DNA of 64,000 nucleotides, from NCBI RefSeq assembly GCF_009914755.1, contig NC_060933.1. One strand, 5' to 3'. Shown piece after piece: positions 40,801 to 55,824 of this stretch (position 1 is the stretch's first letter; each line of letters starts with the position of its first letter). The notes beneath the pieces were generated by a model, which was not told the origin of the DNA, searched no databases, and was given only the letters and a program-made list of their open reading frames with translations. The position numbers and the translations under genes were made by a program. The DNA is from the human T2T-CHM13v2.0 reference genome, Homo sapiens.

Positions 40801-42879
40801 CATTTTTTAAGTTTAAAAAGAAACCAGCTTTACATAAAAAAGAGTGTTAGTGAGTGTTTAACTGGCTGTCTAATTAAAAAAAAAAAACAGAAAGAAAAAG
40901 AAAAGTTTTGATCTGTAGCATTTGCCAGTTTTCATGTTGTAAGTATCTCCACCATACCTGATTCTGGGCTACCAACATAATGTCACTGAATCCGGAGTTG
41001 GGGAAAGATGAGCCAGTAACACAGCATTATATAACATTTCTATCATACACACATAATGGATGTAAATAAGCTTGAGCATAGATAATTGTAAAATAATTAG
41101 GAAATGTCAACTTTTGAGTATTTATTACCTGTATTTTAAAATATGCTTTATTTAATTGTATAGTTATATAATTTATTTTTAATAATGGCTGTGTTTAATA
41201 TCTGGCTTGCAGAATTCTTGCAAATTCATTAATCAGCTCTCAGGATTACAAGCTAGTTCCAGCCTACCATTGTTTCCCAACCTCCTCTAACCTCCCCTGG
41301 GGAGATTTTGAGGACTCCTTCAAAGACCTTGTCTTCTGTTACACTCACCAATGCCTGAGGGCAGCTTTTTTAATCTCACTTTTGAGACTGGCGCCCATTT
41401 TCTTGTTGCCCTTGGTACACTGTTTAAAACTAGGACAAGGCCCTATTCTGGGCTCACTCCTCTTATCGTTGGACTGTCATTCTGGAGACTTCCCTTTTGT
41501 GTACTCTAGAAGCTGTTGCCAACTTTTGTTTTCTGTGCTAAGGTAGAATATTATAATCACATCCCCAGCTTGTGATTATAATAATGGAAAGCAGTGCAAA
41601 TATTTCTCCTGTCTTAGGACCCCTTATCTGGAGATGCTTTTTTAATAGCGTAAAGCCCTGAAATCATTCACTGACTCTAAGACAAACAGACTCTGAGAGG
41701 CCTCCAATACTCCTCTCCTCTGTGTCTGAAAATCACAGAGAGGTAGCCAGCCTTCTCAATACATCCTGAGAAAAACTCCTGTAATTACAATGGTTAGTAT
41801 TTGGAACTGAACAGTTTGTAAACAGATATCCCTAAAAGCCAAGAATCACTTTTGGGGCTCTTCTATTCATGAGGGTAATATCCATCATTCATGTTGTTAC
41901 TGAGACCTAATAAAGACCTCATGCCCAAATATGTTGCATCAAACTGCAATGCCACAAAATGATCTATAAAAAGCTCCTGTCATCAACTGCATTTGCACAA
42001 AATGTTACATTCCTCTTTTGGACAGTCATGGTGCACGTTACCCTGAAGGCTTCAAGAGTACTCTAGCAAAAAGCCCTTTTTTAATGTTTTACCTGGTATT
42101 TTGCAAACTTATTTGGCCACGGAAACTGTGAAGTCTATGCAATGATAGCATTTGCAGATAAATTACTATATTGACTGAGAGCCTATATTTACTAAGAACC
42201 TACTATATTGATTAAGAGCCTGATATTACTATGTTGACGAAGAGTGCCCAGCTATAGTAGTGATGCAAATATTTACTGAATTAGATTGAATTTCCCTACA
42301 TGCTTCCCAGTCTTGCATATTTCCATTGCCAAAAATGAGGAGACAGCATTTATTTCCTCCCCTCGGGATATACTAGTCTTCCCTGGAAGACAATGGTCTG
42401 GTCAGAAATGAAACTGTCTGTGGGAAGTGGGATGATGTGATCCCCTCTGACTGGGATCAAGGGATGAAGGGCCCCGGGACTCCTCACTGCTCTTATCAAG
42501 CTGGTGAAGGTTGAGCTTCCCTTGTCAGTCTTTCTTCCCTTTTCTCCTGCAGGCAAGGCCAGGTCAGAAACATTTGTAGCAGGGGCAATAAGCCCACATA
42601 TTCCTCTCCCTTGACAACCTGAACTTCCCGTGACATTTTTTCATGAGACCCGCCCTTTCTGTACCATGAAGGAGGCATTTGTCTTGTCCTGTGTAACTTC
42701 TTCATCATTACTTCCCAAGGTCCTTTAGTCTTTTGGGCAGGGGACGGGGGTGGGTAACTAATTTTATGATCCTCATGATGAAAGAAGCCTTGTTAACCAA
42801 TTTAGCAAGTGAACAATCTAAAAGAAAGAATAATTAAAAAAAATAATAAAGTGTGTTTGTGTGCATGTGTTGGGGGGCA

Positions 42880-43070
42880 ATATAACATGGTGATTAAGAG
42901 CAGGGGCTCTGGAGATGGATTGCCTGGGTTCCAATCCCAGCTCCACCACTAACCAGCTGCATGGTCTGACCTGTAAAACGGGAATAATAGCAATGATACC
43001 TGCCTCATAGCCTTATGGTGAGGATTAATTCAGATGACCCAAGTAAAATGCTTGGCACAATGCCTACCTC
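42880..43070 (+). mobile_element. MIR
   Basis: ctgggttccaatcccagctccaccact...ctgtaaaacgggaataata. Confidence 0.7.
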
Positions 43071-45289
43071 TATATGAAAGCAGGGATTGTCCCTGGTTAA
43101 GCTCACCACTGCTCCCAGCATGCAATCAGTGCTCAGTCTCTATCTGCACAGACTACAGAATGTTTGCTGTCACCAATGCTTCCCTCAATGGACGACTACA
43201 AAAATCGGACGAGGGACTACACGTCAAGTACCAAGCACGGTGCTTGGCACAAACTGGACCTTCAGTAAATAAATTCCAGGTATCTCTTTCCCCTAAAATA
43301 TCTTCCCTAATTCCTTTAAAAAGCACTTGGCATACCCACCTGCTCTGCTCCTAGTCCTTTCTAACACAGTAACTCAGGAATCTATGAGCAGCCAAGGATG
43401 TTCATTTAAAAATCACTTCATTTATCATCTCTTTTTTTTGCAGTAGTGGAGGGACTTAAGTACCTTCCCATTATGTTTCTCTATCCAAGTCACACAATAG
43501 TCTTTTTCCAATCACTTAGAAGAAACAATTCAAATTCCAATTAAATATCCTGAGGCCAAAGGTAGCACATTCCTTCTTCTGAATGCAGATGATAGATATT
43601 AACTGGTTTATGGCTGTTAGTGACTTTCTGGACTTGAAATTTTTTATTTCCTTTATTTCAAACCTATAAATTCACAAGGTTTTGCTGAATTCATTGTCCA
43701 TATAATGCCCTGCTGGTGCTTAATACGAAAGCTACACCTGATGCTATCTGCACAACCTCAGGAAGCTCATGCTAAGGTTTGAGCTACATATTGTTTATGG
43801 AAGTGTGAAATGAGCTTGCTTTTTGCATAAATTTTCTTTAACATCCGTGGTTAAGTCATGGCTGACTTTAATGACTTAACAGTAAAAAAATTCACTCTCC
43901 ACCTGCCCATCTCTTAATGAGCTGCCTCCTTCTGTATTCTGTAGTTGAATTGTTTGTCGACAAAGCCCTAGGAATGGGAAAGTAAGAGACATTCATTTCA
44001 TCACAGCATATTTCACCAAGTTTTAAAACATACGCCTGAATTACATCCTAACATATTAAAGATCTCCTGATGGAACCAGGAACCAGAGAACATTTATGGT
44101 CTGCATAACTTCCAGTGACCTTAAAGGAAGCTACACAAGTCAGGTCAATCGAATAGATGCTGCTTTTAACATGTAATGCAATCCCTACTGATTTCTAAAT
44201 ATAGTTAATGGAATATAGGCATTAATAAATCTTACAACCACACATTGCTCTAGCCTTTGAGTGCATATTTCTAATTATTCATGTGCTCAGATATTTTACA
44301 TTACGGCTGAATAATGAATGCCAGTTAATTTCTTTGGTAGAGAAGGAAAATTAGCAAAAATTAACTGTGATAGTTTTGCAACTATTAATTCATATTGACT
44401 AGAAGATAATATCTTCTGCTTTGAGTATTTCTGTTTATTAATTCTTAAAAGTCCGCTTATATTCCTGTGAGTGAAATGCATGCTTCATTTCTATTTCACA
44501 GCAGGGAGCTAGACCTAGAACTTTCCTAGGTCCCTTTTCGAGTGATCATAGGAACACCCTGCTCCTACCCTGAATAGCGGACTTTAGATTGTCTTTCTGT
44601 CTCTTGCCAATTTAGGGACTCCACTTTCACCTCTGGCCTTAACTTTGTGTCAGTCAACACTCTGTGGACTGGTCAATCTGACCTTTTTGGTGTCCCCCGT
44701 TAGATCCTTTGTCTCACCTAATCTCTGACTCAGGGTACCCTCTGTTATCTTGAATGTGCAGCTTTTGAAAAGAAATACAGTATGATCTCAGATGGACTGA
44801 TCATTAGAAGCACTAATGAAACTACAGTAACAAATGGCCAGAAAAGAAACCGAAGACTGAATCGCTAAACCACATGGGGCTTGTGTCCAACGAGAGGGAG
44901 ACAATCCGAAAGAGTGCCCAGTGCCAAAAGGGTGAAGGTATCTACGCCCTACAGTTAAGAGTGTGGTCTCTGGAACACACTTATGTGGCATTAAATCTTG
45001 CTCCATAACTTTCTTGCTTCTGACTTTGGACAAATCACTTAGTAACCTGGACTATAAGATGGGGGTAAAAATAGATGATCAACCTCATGGGGTTGCCATG
45101 AATATTACATGAGATTATTCATGTAAAACACTTAGTGTGTACTTAGTGTATAGTGAGCGCTCAATAGCATTTAGTTGATATGTAAGCTTTGGGTGTTAAT
45201 ATCATTAAATTAATATTATTCTTATATATTACTTCAAATTAATCTTTCCCTGGTAATAGATTTTAATTAGGCACCCATCTGCCATGTGT

Positions 45290-45740
45290 ACTCATTCATC
45301 CACCAACTATTTATTGATCATCTACTATGAGCCAGACCCTATGTTCTACGTGCCTGGGATACATCAATAAACAAAATAGACAGATTTCTGATCTCATGGG
45401 ATTTATTTTCTAGTTGGGGGAGACAGACAGTAAACAAGAAACCTAATAAAGAAATAAATTCTGTAAGTGCTATGGGAAAAAGAAAAGTAGAGCAAAGAAA
45501 GAGGGACCGTGAGTTCTGGTGGGCAAGTGTGATCATAGAGGTCTTACTGAGAAGGTGACATGAGAAGACTTGAAAGAGAGACAGAGCTGGAAGTGTGGCT
45601 ATCTGGGAGGACAGCATCCAAGGCAGGGAACAGCCACTGCACATACCCAGCATGTTCAAGGCCAGCCAGGAGGCCAGAGGGGCTGGAGGGAAAGGGGAAG
45701 AGCAGTGGGAGCCCAGGCTTTTAGTTTGAGGAAAAGAGTA
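45290..45740 (-). mobile_element. L2 3' fragment
   Basis: cattcatccaccaactatttattga...gcatccaaggcagggaacagc; explains ORF 45339-45779. Confidence 0.7.
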
Positions 45741-46659
45741 GCATAGTATTGCAGGGTTGTGAGTGGAAAAGAGACTCAACCAGACATCGGTGGGTAGCCC
45801 AGTTCCTCATTTTCCAGCCAATATGAACTTTTCCTGCTAAATTTCCTCTTGACTAAAATAAAACTACTAAGCATCTTTACCAAGGTTTTGCCTTCCCAAG
45901 ACTCATGTGGGCCAAACATCCCTGTTATACGTTTATGTGATTATACTTCTGATTAAGACAGCCTTAAGTGAGATAGATAATTGAGATAATTAGCCTCTAG
46001 ATAGACAAGTCACAGTTTAGGAATTTCCTAAATGCTGTTGCCTCTACAGATATCAGCTAACAAGCAGTTTTCAGCCATACCAAATACATACATTGCAGAG
46101 ACATACACATACACAGTCATGGAAAATACCTATCCATAATGTTGTTTGTGAGTTAATAAACAGGATTGTTGATATTCATCTTCCTCCATGTTCTATATAT
46201 TTCTCAAAACTGCTTAGACTTTTATTCTTTGCTGATTTGATAATACGAAGTCAAATCTCAATCATATGACTTCCTCTGGAGTAGACACTCAACTTAATTT
46301 GGTATGCAGTAATATAGTTGCAAACAAAATCAATGTTTAATTAGATTGAAGTTGACTTCCTCATTTAGTTTTTAATCTATCAAATCAGGGATTTTTGCTT
46401 GGTTTTCATGTTCATGAAAACTCAATTAGATGATGAGTGTTGCATTAAAACAATGAGAAGTTTTAGTTAAAATAACATGTTTTGCTAAAATCTATTACAC
46501 AATGAAAGAGAAGTAAAACCAGATAAAATATATAATTATTACAATGATGCTACCATTGCTTTTCAGCGACATTTATTTATAATTTTGTCACAGATAAGTT
46601 TCTGTGGAAGCAGAGTTGAAGCTTATGTATTTGGGATAATTAAAAGATTGGATGGATTT

Positions 46660-47093
<434 letters not shown>

Positions 47094-49368
47094 TCATTTC
47101 TCATCATTAACACAATTTTGGTTACTAGAAAAAAAAATAAGAATATAGCAGATATTCAATGTGTGTGTGGGTAAATTTGAAAATTGATAGTGGCTTCCTC
47201 GGTGGCCTATCTAGAAATGGTGTAACAGGGGCTACAACCTGAAAAGCCTCCAGGGAAGGGGCAAGAAATGTGTATGAGTGAAGCATCTCAGTGCAAGAAG
47301 ATAAATGGTAGCTAACGGTCAGCTGCGTGTCTGGAAGGCAATGGGGAGCCGTGAGGAGAGCAAAGCTATGTCCCATTTCAGCGGGTCAGCCACTTCTCAG
47401 CCAGGTCCAGCCGCAGGGTAACAAAAGCTTGGTTTTGCCAAATCTGATTTTGTAAGAAAAGTCAAGATTCCTGATTTTTATCTGTCATATTTCCCAAGTA
47501 TAAATGGTAGCTAGCTTTTTAAAAAAAGCCTAATTGGGGCAAAACTGCATAGGTCCAATAAAACATGCCTGTGGGCCAAATTCAGTCCATAGTCCACTTC
47601 TGTGGCACATTTTGGTGTACATTTCACACAGTGAAACTGAGAAGCAGAGGAACTCCTTATATGCGTGATTTATAGAAGCCTCATTCCCCATTGCTCTTTG
47701 TCTATAAATCACTTTGTTGCGTCATTTTATCTGATAAAAAGCTTTTATCAGATACTGTATCCTATTATTGCTATTAGCTATAGTGGCTGTTATTGGAATC
47801 ATCTGTATTACAGAGTAGCTATAAATATATTATTAATATAGCAGAATTAAATACAGAATTTATATATACATCTATTGTTCCAAATATGTTATCTTATTCT
47901 CCCAAAATGACTATAAGTTATATAGAAATAAATTCATAAGGCCAGTTTGCAGTTCTAAAATCTGAGGTATGGCACAGTTTAATAAACTACCCAATGTGAC
48001 AGGTATATGGTAGTGGCAAACCAGAGATTAAAACCCAGGTTTATCTGCTGTGATCAGTGAAGTTTTTCTATGATCCAGTTTTATTATCTTTATAAGCCAG
48101 GTTATCATCAAACTTAATATTGAATTCTACCGCAGGAAAGGATAACATTAATCTGTTGAGAAGCTAAACTATATGCCTGATGTCTCCCTGGAAAATTCTG
48201 TAATAGGATAAAGGAACTTCTGCTAAAATGCAAATGTGTTCATGTGCGTTATCTTGTTTTTTTTCTTTGCCCATTTTTATTTATTTCTTATTTTTTATTA
48301 TACATTAAGTTCTGGGATACATGTGCAGAACGTGCAGGTTTGTTATAGATATACACATGCCATGGTGGTTTGCTGCACCCATCAACCTCTCATCTACATT
48401 AGGTATTTCTCCTAACGTTATCCCTCCCCTAGCCCCCCACCTTCTGACAGGCCCCAGTGTGTGATGTTCCCCTCCCTGTGTCCATGTGTTCTCATTGTTC
48501 AACTCCCACTTATGAGTGAGAACATGTGGTGTTTGGTTTTCTGTTCCTGTGTTAGTTTTCTGAGAATGACGGTTTCCAGCTTCATCCATGTCCCTGCAAA
48601 GGACATGAACTCATCCTTTTTTGTGGCTGCATAGTATTCCATGGTGTGTATGTGTCACATTTTCTTTATCCAGTCTATCATTAATGGGCATTTGGGTTGG
48701 TTCCAAGTCTTTGCTATTGTGAACAGTGCTGCAATAAACACACATGTGCTTGAGTCTTTATAGTAGAATGATATATAATCCTTTGGGTATATACCTAGTA
48801 ATGGGATTGCTGGGTCAAATGGTATTTCTGCTTCTAGATCCTTGAGGAATCGCCACACTGTTTTCCACAATGGTTGAACTAATTTATACTCTCACCAACA
48901 GTGTTAAAGCATTCCTACTTCTCCACATCCTCTCCAGCATCTGTTGTTTCCCAACTTTTTAATGATCACTATTCTAACTGGTGTGAGATTGTACCTCATT
49001 GTGGTTTGAGTTGCATTTCTCTAATGACCAGTGATGATCAGCTTTTTTCACGTTTGTTGGCAGCATAAATGTCTTCTTTTGAGAAGTGTCTGTTCATATC
49101 CTTCACCCACTTTTTGATGGCGTTGTTTGGTTTTTTCTTGTAAAATTGTTTAAGTTCCTTATAGATTCTGGATGTCAGCCCTTTGTCAGATGGATACATT
49201 GCAAAATTTTTCTCCCATTCTGTAGGTTGCCTGTTCACTCTGATAATAGTTTCTTTTGCTGTGCGGAAGCTCTTTAATTTGATTAGATCCCATTTGTCAA
49301 TTTTGGCTTTTGTTGCCATTGCTTTTAGTGTTTTAGTCATGAAGTCCTTGCCCATGCCTATGTCCTGA

Positions 49369-49697
<329 letters not shown>

Positions 49698-50478
49698 CTC
49701 TTCTAGGGCTTTTATGGTTTTAGGTCTTACCTTCAAGTCTTTAATCCATCTTGAGTTAATTTTTGTATAAGTTGTAAGGAAGGGATCCAGTTTCAGTTTT
49801 CTGCATGTGGTTAGCCAGTTTTCTCAACACCATTTATAAAATAGGGAATCCTTTCCCCATTGCTCGTTTGTGCCAGTTTTGTTAAAGATCAGATGGTTGC
49901 AGATGTGTGATGTTATTTCTGAGAACTCTGTTCTGTTCCATTGGTCTATATATCTGTTTTGGCACCAGTACCATGCTGTTTTGGTTACTGTGGCCTTGTA
50001 GTATAGTTTGAAGTCAGGTAGCGTGATGCCTCCATCTTTGTTCTTTTTGCTTAGGATTGTCTTGGCTATGCAGGCTCTTTTTTGGTTCCTTCTGAAATTT
50101 AAAGTAGTTTTTTCCAATTCTGTGAAGAAAGTCAATGGTAGCTTGATGGGGATAGCATTAAATCTATAAATTACTTGGGGCAGTATGGCCATTTTCACAA
50201 TATTGATTCTTCCTATTCATGAGCATGGAATGTTTTCCATTTGTTTGTGTCCTCTCTTATTTCCTTGAGCAGTGGTTTGTAGTTCTCCTTGAAGAGGTCC
50301 TTCACATCCTTTATGAGTTGTATTCCTAGGTATTTTATTCTCTTTGTAGCAATTGTGAATGGGAGTTCACTCATGATTTGGCTCTCTGTTTGTCTATTTT
50401 TAGTGTATAGGAATGCGTGTGATTTTTGCACATTGATTTTGTATCCTGAGACTTTTCTGAAGTTGCTTATCAGCTTAA

Positions 50479-50883
<405 letters not shown>

Positions 50884-52688
50884 TGAATAACCTTTATTTC
50901 TTTCCTTGTCTGATTGCCCTGGTTAGAACTTCCAATACTATGTTGAATAGGAGTGGTGAGAGAAGGCATCCTCGTCTTGTGCTGGTTTTCAAAGGGAATG
51001 CTTCCAGTTTTTGCCCATTGAGTATGATACTGGCTGTGGGTTTGTCATAAACAGCTCTTAATATTTTGAGATACGTTCCATCAATACCTAGTTTATTGAG
51101 AGTTTTTAGCATGGAGGGGTGTTGAATTTTATTGAAGAGCTTTTCTGCATCTATTGAAATAATCATGTGGTTTTTGTCATTGGTTCTGTTTATGTGATGG
51201 ATTGCATTTATTGATTTGCATATGTTGAAACAGCCTTGCATCCCAGGGGTGAAGCTGACCTGATTGTGGTGGATACGCTTTTTGATGTGCTGCTGAATTC
51301 AGTTTGCCAGTATTTTATTGAGGACTTTTTCATCAATTTTCATCAGGGATATTGGCCTGAAATTTCTTTTTTTGTTGTGTCTCTGCCAGGTTTTGGTATC
51401 ATGATGATGCTGGCCTCGTAAAATGAGTTAGGGAGGATTCCTTCTCTTTCTGTTGTTTGGAATACTTTCAGAAGGAATGGTACCAGCTCCTTTTTGTACC
51501 TCTGGTAGAATTCGACTGTGAATCTGTCTGGTCCTGGGCTTTTTTTGGTTGCTTGGCTATTAATTACTGCCTCAATTTCAGGCCTTTTATTGCTCTTTTC
51601 AGAGATTTGATTTCTTCCTGGTTTAGTCTTGGGAGGGTGTATGTGTCCAGGAATTTATCCATTTCTTCTAGATTTTCTAGTTTATTTGTGTAGAGGTGCT
51701 TATGGTATTCTCTGATGGTAGTTTGTATTTCTGTGGGATCGGTGGTGATCTCTCCTTTATAATTTTTTGTTGTGTCTATTTGATTCTTCTCTCCTTTCTT
51801 CTATATTAGTCTGGCTAGTGATCTATCTATTTTGTTAATCTTTTTAAAAAAACAGCTCCTGGATTCATTGACTTTTTGAAGGGTTTTTCTTGTCTCTATC
51901 TCCTTCAGTTCTGCTCTGATCTTAGTTATTCTTGTCTTCTGCTAGCTTTTGAATTTGTTTGCTGTTGCTTCTCTAGTTCTTTTAATTGTGATGTTAGGGT
52001 GTTGATTTCAGATCTGTCCACTTTCTCTTCTAGGCATTTCATGCTATAAATTTCCCTCTAAACACTGCTTTAGCTGTGTCCCAGAGATTCTGGTACGTTT
52101 TCTTTGTTCTCATTGGTTTCAAAGAACTTCTGTATTTCTGCCTTAATTTCGTTATTTACCCAGTAGTCATTCAGGAGCAGGTTGTTCAATTTCCATGTAG
52201 TTGTGCAGTTTTGAGTGAGTTTCTTAATCTTGAATTCTAATTTGATTGCACCATGGTCTGAGAGACTGTTTGTTATGATTGCCATTCTTTTGCATTTGCT
52301 GAGGAGTGTTTTACTTCCAGTTATGTGGTTAATTTTATAATAAGTGTGATGAGGTGCTGAGAAGAATGTATATTCTGTTGATTTGGGGTGGAGAGTTCTG
52401 TAGATGTCTATTAGGTCTACTTGGTCCAGAGTTGAGTTCAAGTCCTGAATATCCTTAATTTTCTGTCTCGTCGATCTGTCTAATATTGACAGTGGGGTGT
52501 TAAAGTCTCCCACTATTATTGTGTGGGAGTCTAAGTCTCTTTGTAGGTCTCTAAGAACTTGCTTTATGAATCTGGGTGCTCCTGTATTGGGGCGTATATA
52601 TTTAGGATAGTTAGCTGTTCTTGTTGTATTGATCCCTTTACCATTATGTAATGCTCTTCTTTGTCTCTTTTGATCTTTGTTGGTTTAA

Positions 52689-53037
<349 letters not shown>

Positions 53038-55818
53038 CACAACCCCTGCTTTTTTTTTGCTTTCCATTTGCTTGATAAATATTCCTCCATCCTTTTTTTT
53101 TGAGCCTATGTGTGTCTTTGCATGTCAGATGGGTCTTCCGAATACAGCACACTGATGGGTCTTGACTCTATCCAATTTGCCAGTCAGTGTCTTTTAATTG
53201 GGGCATTTAGCCTATTTACATTTAAGATTAATATTGTTATGTGTGAATTTGATCCTGTCATTGTGATGCTGGCTGGTTATTTTGCCCAGTAGTTGAATCA
53301 TTTGCTTCATAGTGTCGATGGTCTCTAGCATTTGGTATGTTTTTGCAGCAGCTGGTACTGATTGTTCCTTTCCATGTTTAGTGCTTCCTTCAGGAGCTTT
53401 TGTAAGGCAGGCCCAGTGGTGACAAAATCTCTCAGCATTTGCTTGTCTGTAAAGGATTTTATTTCTCCTTCGCTTTTGAAGCTTAGTTTGGCTGAATAGG
53501 AAATTCTGGTTTGAAAATTCTTTCCTTTAAGAATGTTGAATATTGGCCCCTACTCTCTTCTGGCTTGTAGGGTTTCTGCTGTGAGATCCACTGTTAAGTC
53601 TGATGGGCTTCCCTTTGTAGGTAACATGACGTTTCTCTCTGGCTGCCCTTAATATTTTTTCCTTCATTTCAACCTTGTTGAATCTAACGCTTATATGTCT
53701 TAGGGTTGCTCCTCTTGAGGAGTATCTTTGTGGTGTTCTCTGTATTTCCGGAATTTGAATGTTGCCCTCTCTTGTTAGGTTGGGGAAGTTCTTCTGGATA
53801 CTATCCTGAAGAGTGTTTTCCAACCTGGTTCCATTCTCCCCTTCACTATCAGGTACACCAATCAAACGTAGGTTTAGTCTTTTCACATAGTCCCATATTT
53901 CTTGGAGGCTTTGTTCATTTCTTTTCATTCTTTTTTCTCTAATCTTGTCTTCACACTTTATTTCATTAAGTTGATCTTCAGTCTCTCATATCCCTTCTTC
54001 CATTTGATTGATTTGGCTATCGATACTTGTGTATGCTTCATGAAGTTCTCGTGCTGTGTTTTTCAGCTCCATCAGGTCATTTATATTCTTTTCTAAACTG
54101 GTTATTCTAGTGAGCAATTCCTCTAATATTTTTTCAAGGTTCTTAGCTTCCTTGCATTTGACATGCTCCTTTAGCTTGAAGAAGTTTGAAGCCTACTTCT
54201 GTAAATTTGTCAAACTCATTCTCCATCCATTTTTGCTCCCTTGCTGATGAGGAGTTGTGATCCTTTGGAGGAGAAGAGGTGTTCTGGTTTTTGGAATTTT
54301 CAGTCTTTTTGCGTTGGTTTTTCCTCATCTTTGTGGATTTATCTACCTTTGGTCTTTGCTGTTGTTGACCTTCAGATGGGGTTTTTGTGTGGATGTTCTT
54401 TTTGTTGATGTTGATGCTATTCCTTTCCATTTGTTAGTTTTCCTTCTAACGGTCAGGCCCCTCTGTTGCAGGTCTGCCGGAGTTTGCTGGAGGGTCCACT
54501 CCATACCCTGTTTGCCTGGGTATCACCAGCGGAGGATGCAGAACAGTAAAGATTGCTGCCTGTTCCTTCCTCTGGTAGCTTCATCCCAGAGTGGCACCCT
54601 CCAGATGCCAGCTGGAGCTCTCCTGCATGAGGTGTCTGTTGATCCCTTCTGGGAGGTATCTCCCAGTCAGGAGGCATGGGGGTCAGGGACCCACTTGAGG
54701 AAGCAGTCTGTCCTTTAGCAGAGCTCAAGTGCTGTGCTGGGAGATCTGCTGCTCTCTTCAGAATGGCAGGCGGGGACGTTTAAGTCTGCTGAAGCTGCGC
54801 CCACAGCTGCCCCTTCCCCCAAGTGCTCCTGTCCCAAGGAGATGGGAGTTTTATCTATAAGCCCCTGACTGGGGCTGCTGCCTTTCTTTCAGAGATGCCC
54901 TGCCCAGAGAGGAGGAATCTGGAGAGGCAGTCTGGCTATGGCGGCTTTGCGAAGCTACATTGGACTCCACCCAGTTCAAACTTCTCAGCTGCTTTGTTTA
55001 TACTGTGAGGGGAAAACTGCCTACTCAAGCCTCAGTAATGGCGGACAACCCTCCCCCCACCAAGCTCCAGTGCCCCAGGTCAACCTCAGACTGCTGTGCT
55101 GGCAGTGAGAATTTCAAGCCAGGGGATCTTAGCTTGCTGGACTCCATGGGGGTGGGATCCACTGAGCTAGACCACTTGGCTCCCTGGCTTCAGCCCCCTT
55201 TCCAGGGGAGTGAATGGTTTGGTCTCACTGGTATTCCAGGTGCCACTGGGGTATGAAAAAAAACTACTGGAGCTAGCTCGGTGTCTGCCCAAACGGCTGC
55301 CCAGTTTTGTGCTTGAAACCCAGGGCCCTCATGGTGAAGGCACCCAAGGGAATCTCCTGGTCTGCCAGTTGTGAAGGCCATGGGAAAAGCGTAGTATCTG
55401 GGCTGGAGTGCACCATTCTTCACGACACAGTCCTTCATGGCTTCCCTTGGCTAGGGGAGTTCCCTGACCCCTTGCACTTCCTAGGTGAGACGACACCCCA
55501 CCCTGCTTTGGCTTGCCCTCCATGTGCTGCACCCACTGTCTAACCAGTCCCAGTGAAATGAGCTGGGGACCTCAGTTGGAAATGCAGAAATAACTCGCCT
55601 TCTGCATTGATCTCGCTGGGAGTTGCAGACCGGAGCTGTTCCTATTTGGCCATCTTGCCAGCCACCCATGTGTTTTCAAATGAACTTTGAATTGGTTTTT
55701 GTAGAATTAACAGCTTTCCTTTTATTTACCTGTTCTAGGACCATTGCAAGACAACCTATTTATTAAAGAAATGAACCAAGCATTAAAAAAAGACAGACTA
55801 GATAATGGTTATATGCTT

Positions 55819-55824
55819 TTTATT
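55819..55824 (-). terminator. MOB3B: MOB3B distal poly(A) signal
   Basis: AATAAA, then tctgtctttttt about 25 nt downstream. Confidence 0.7.

Noticed and set aside
45339-45779. 146-aa hydrophobic minus-strand ORF
   Set aside because: Lies within an L2 remnant.
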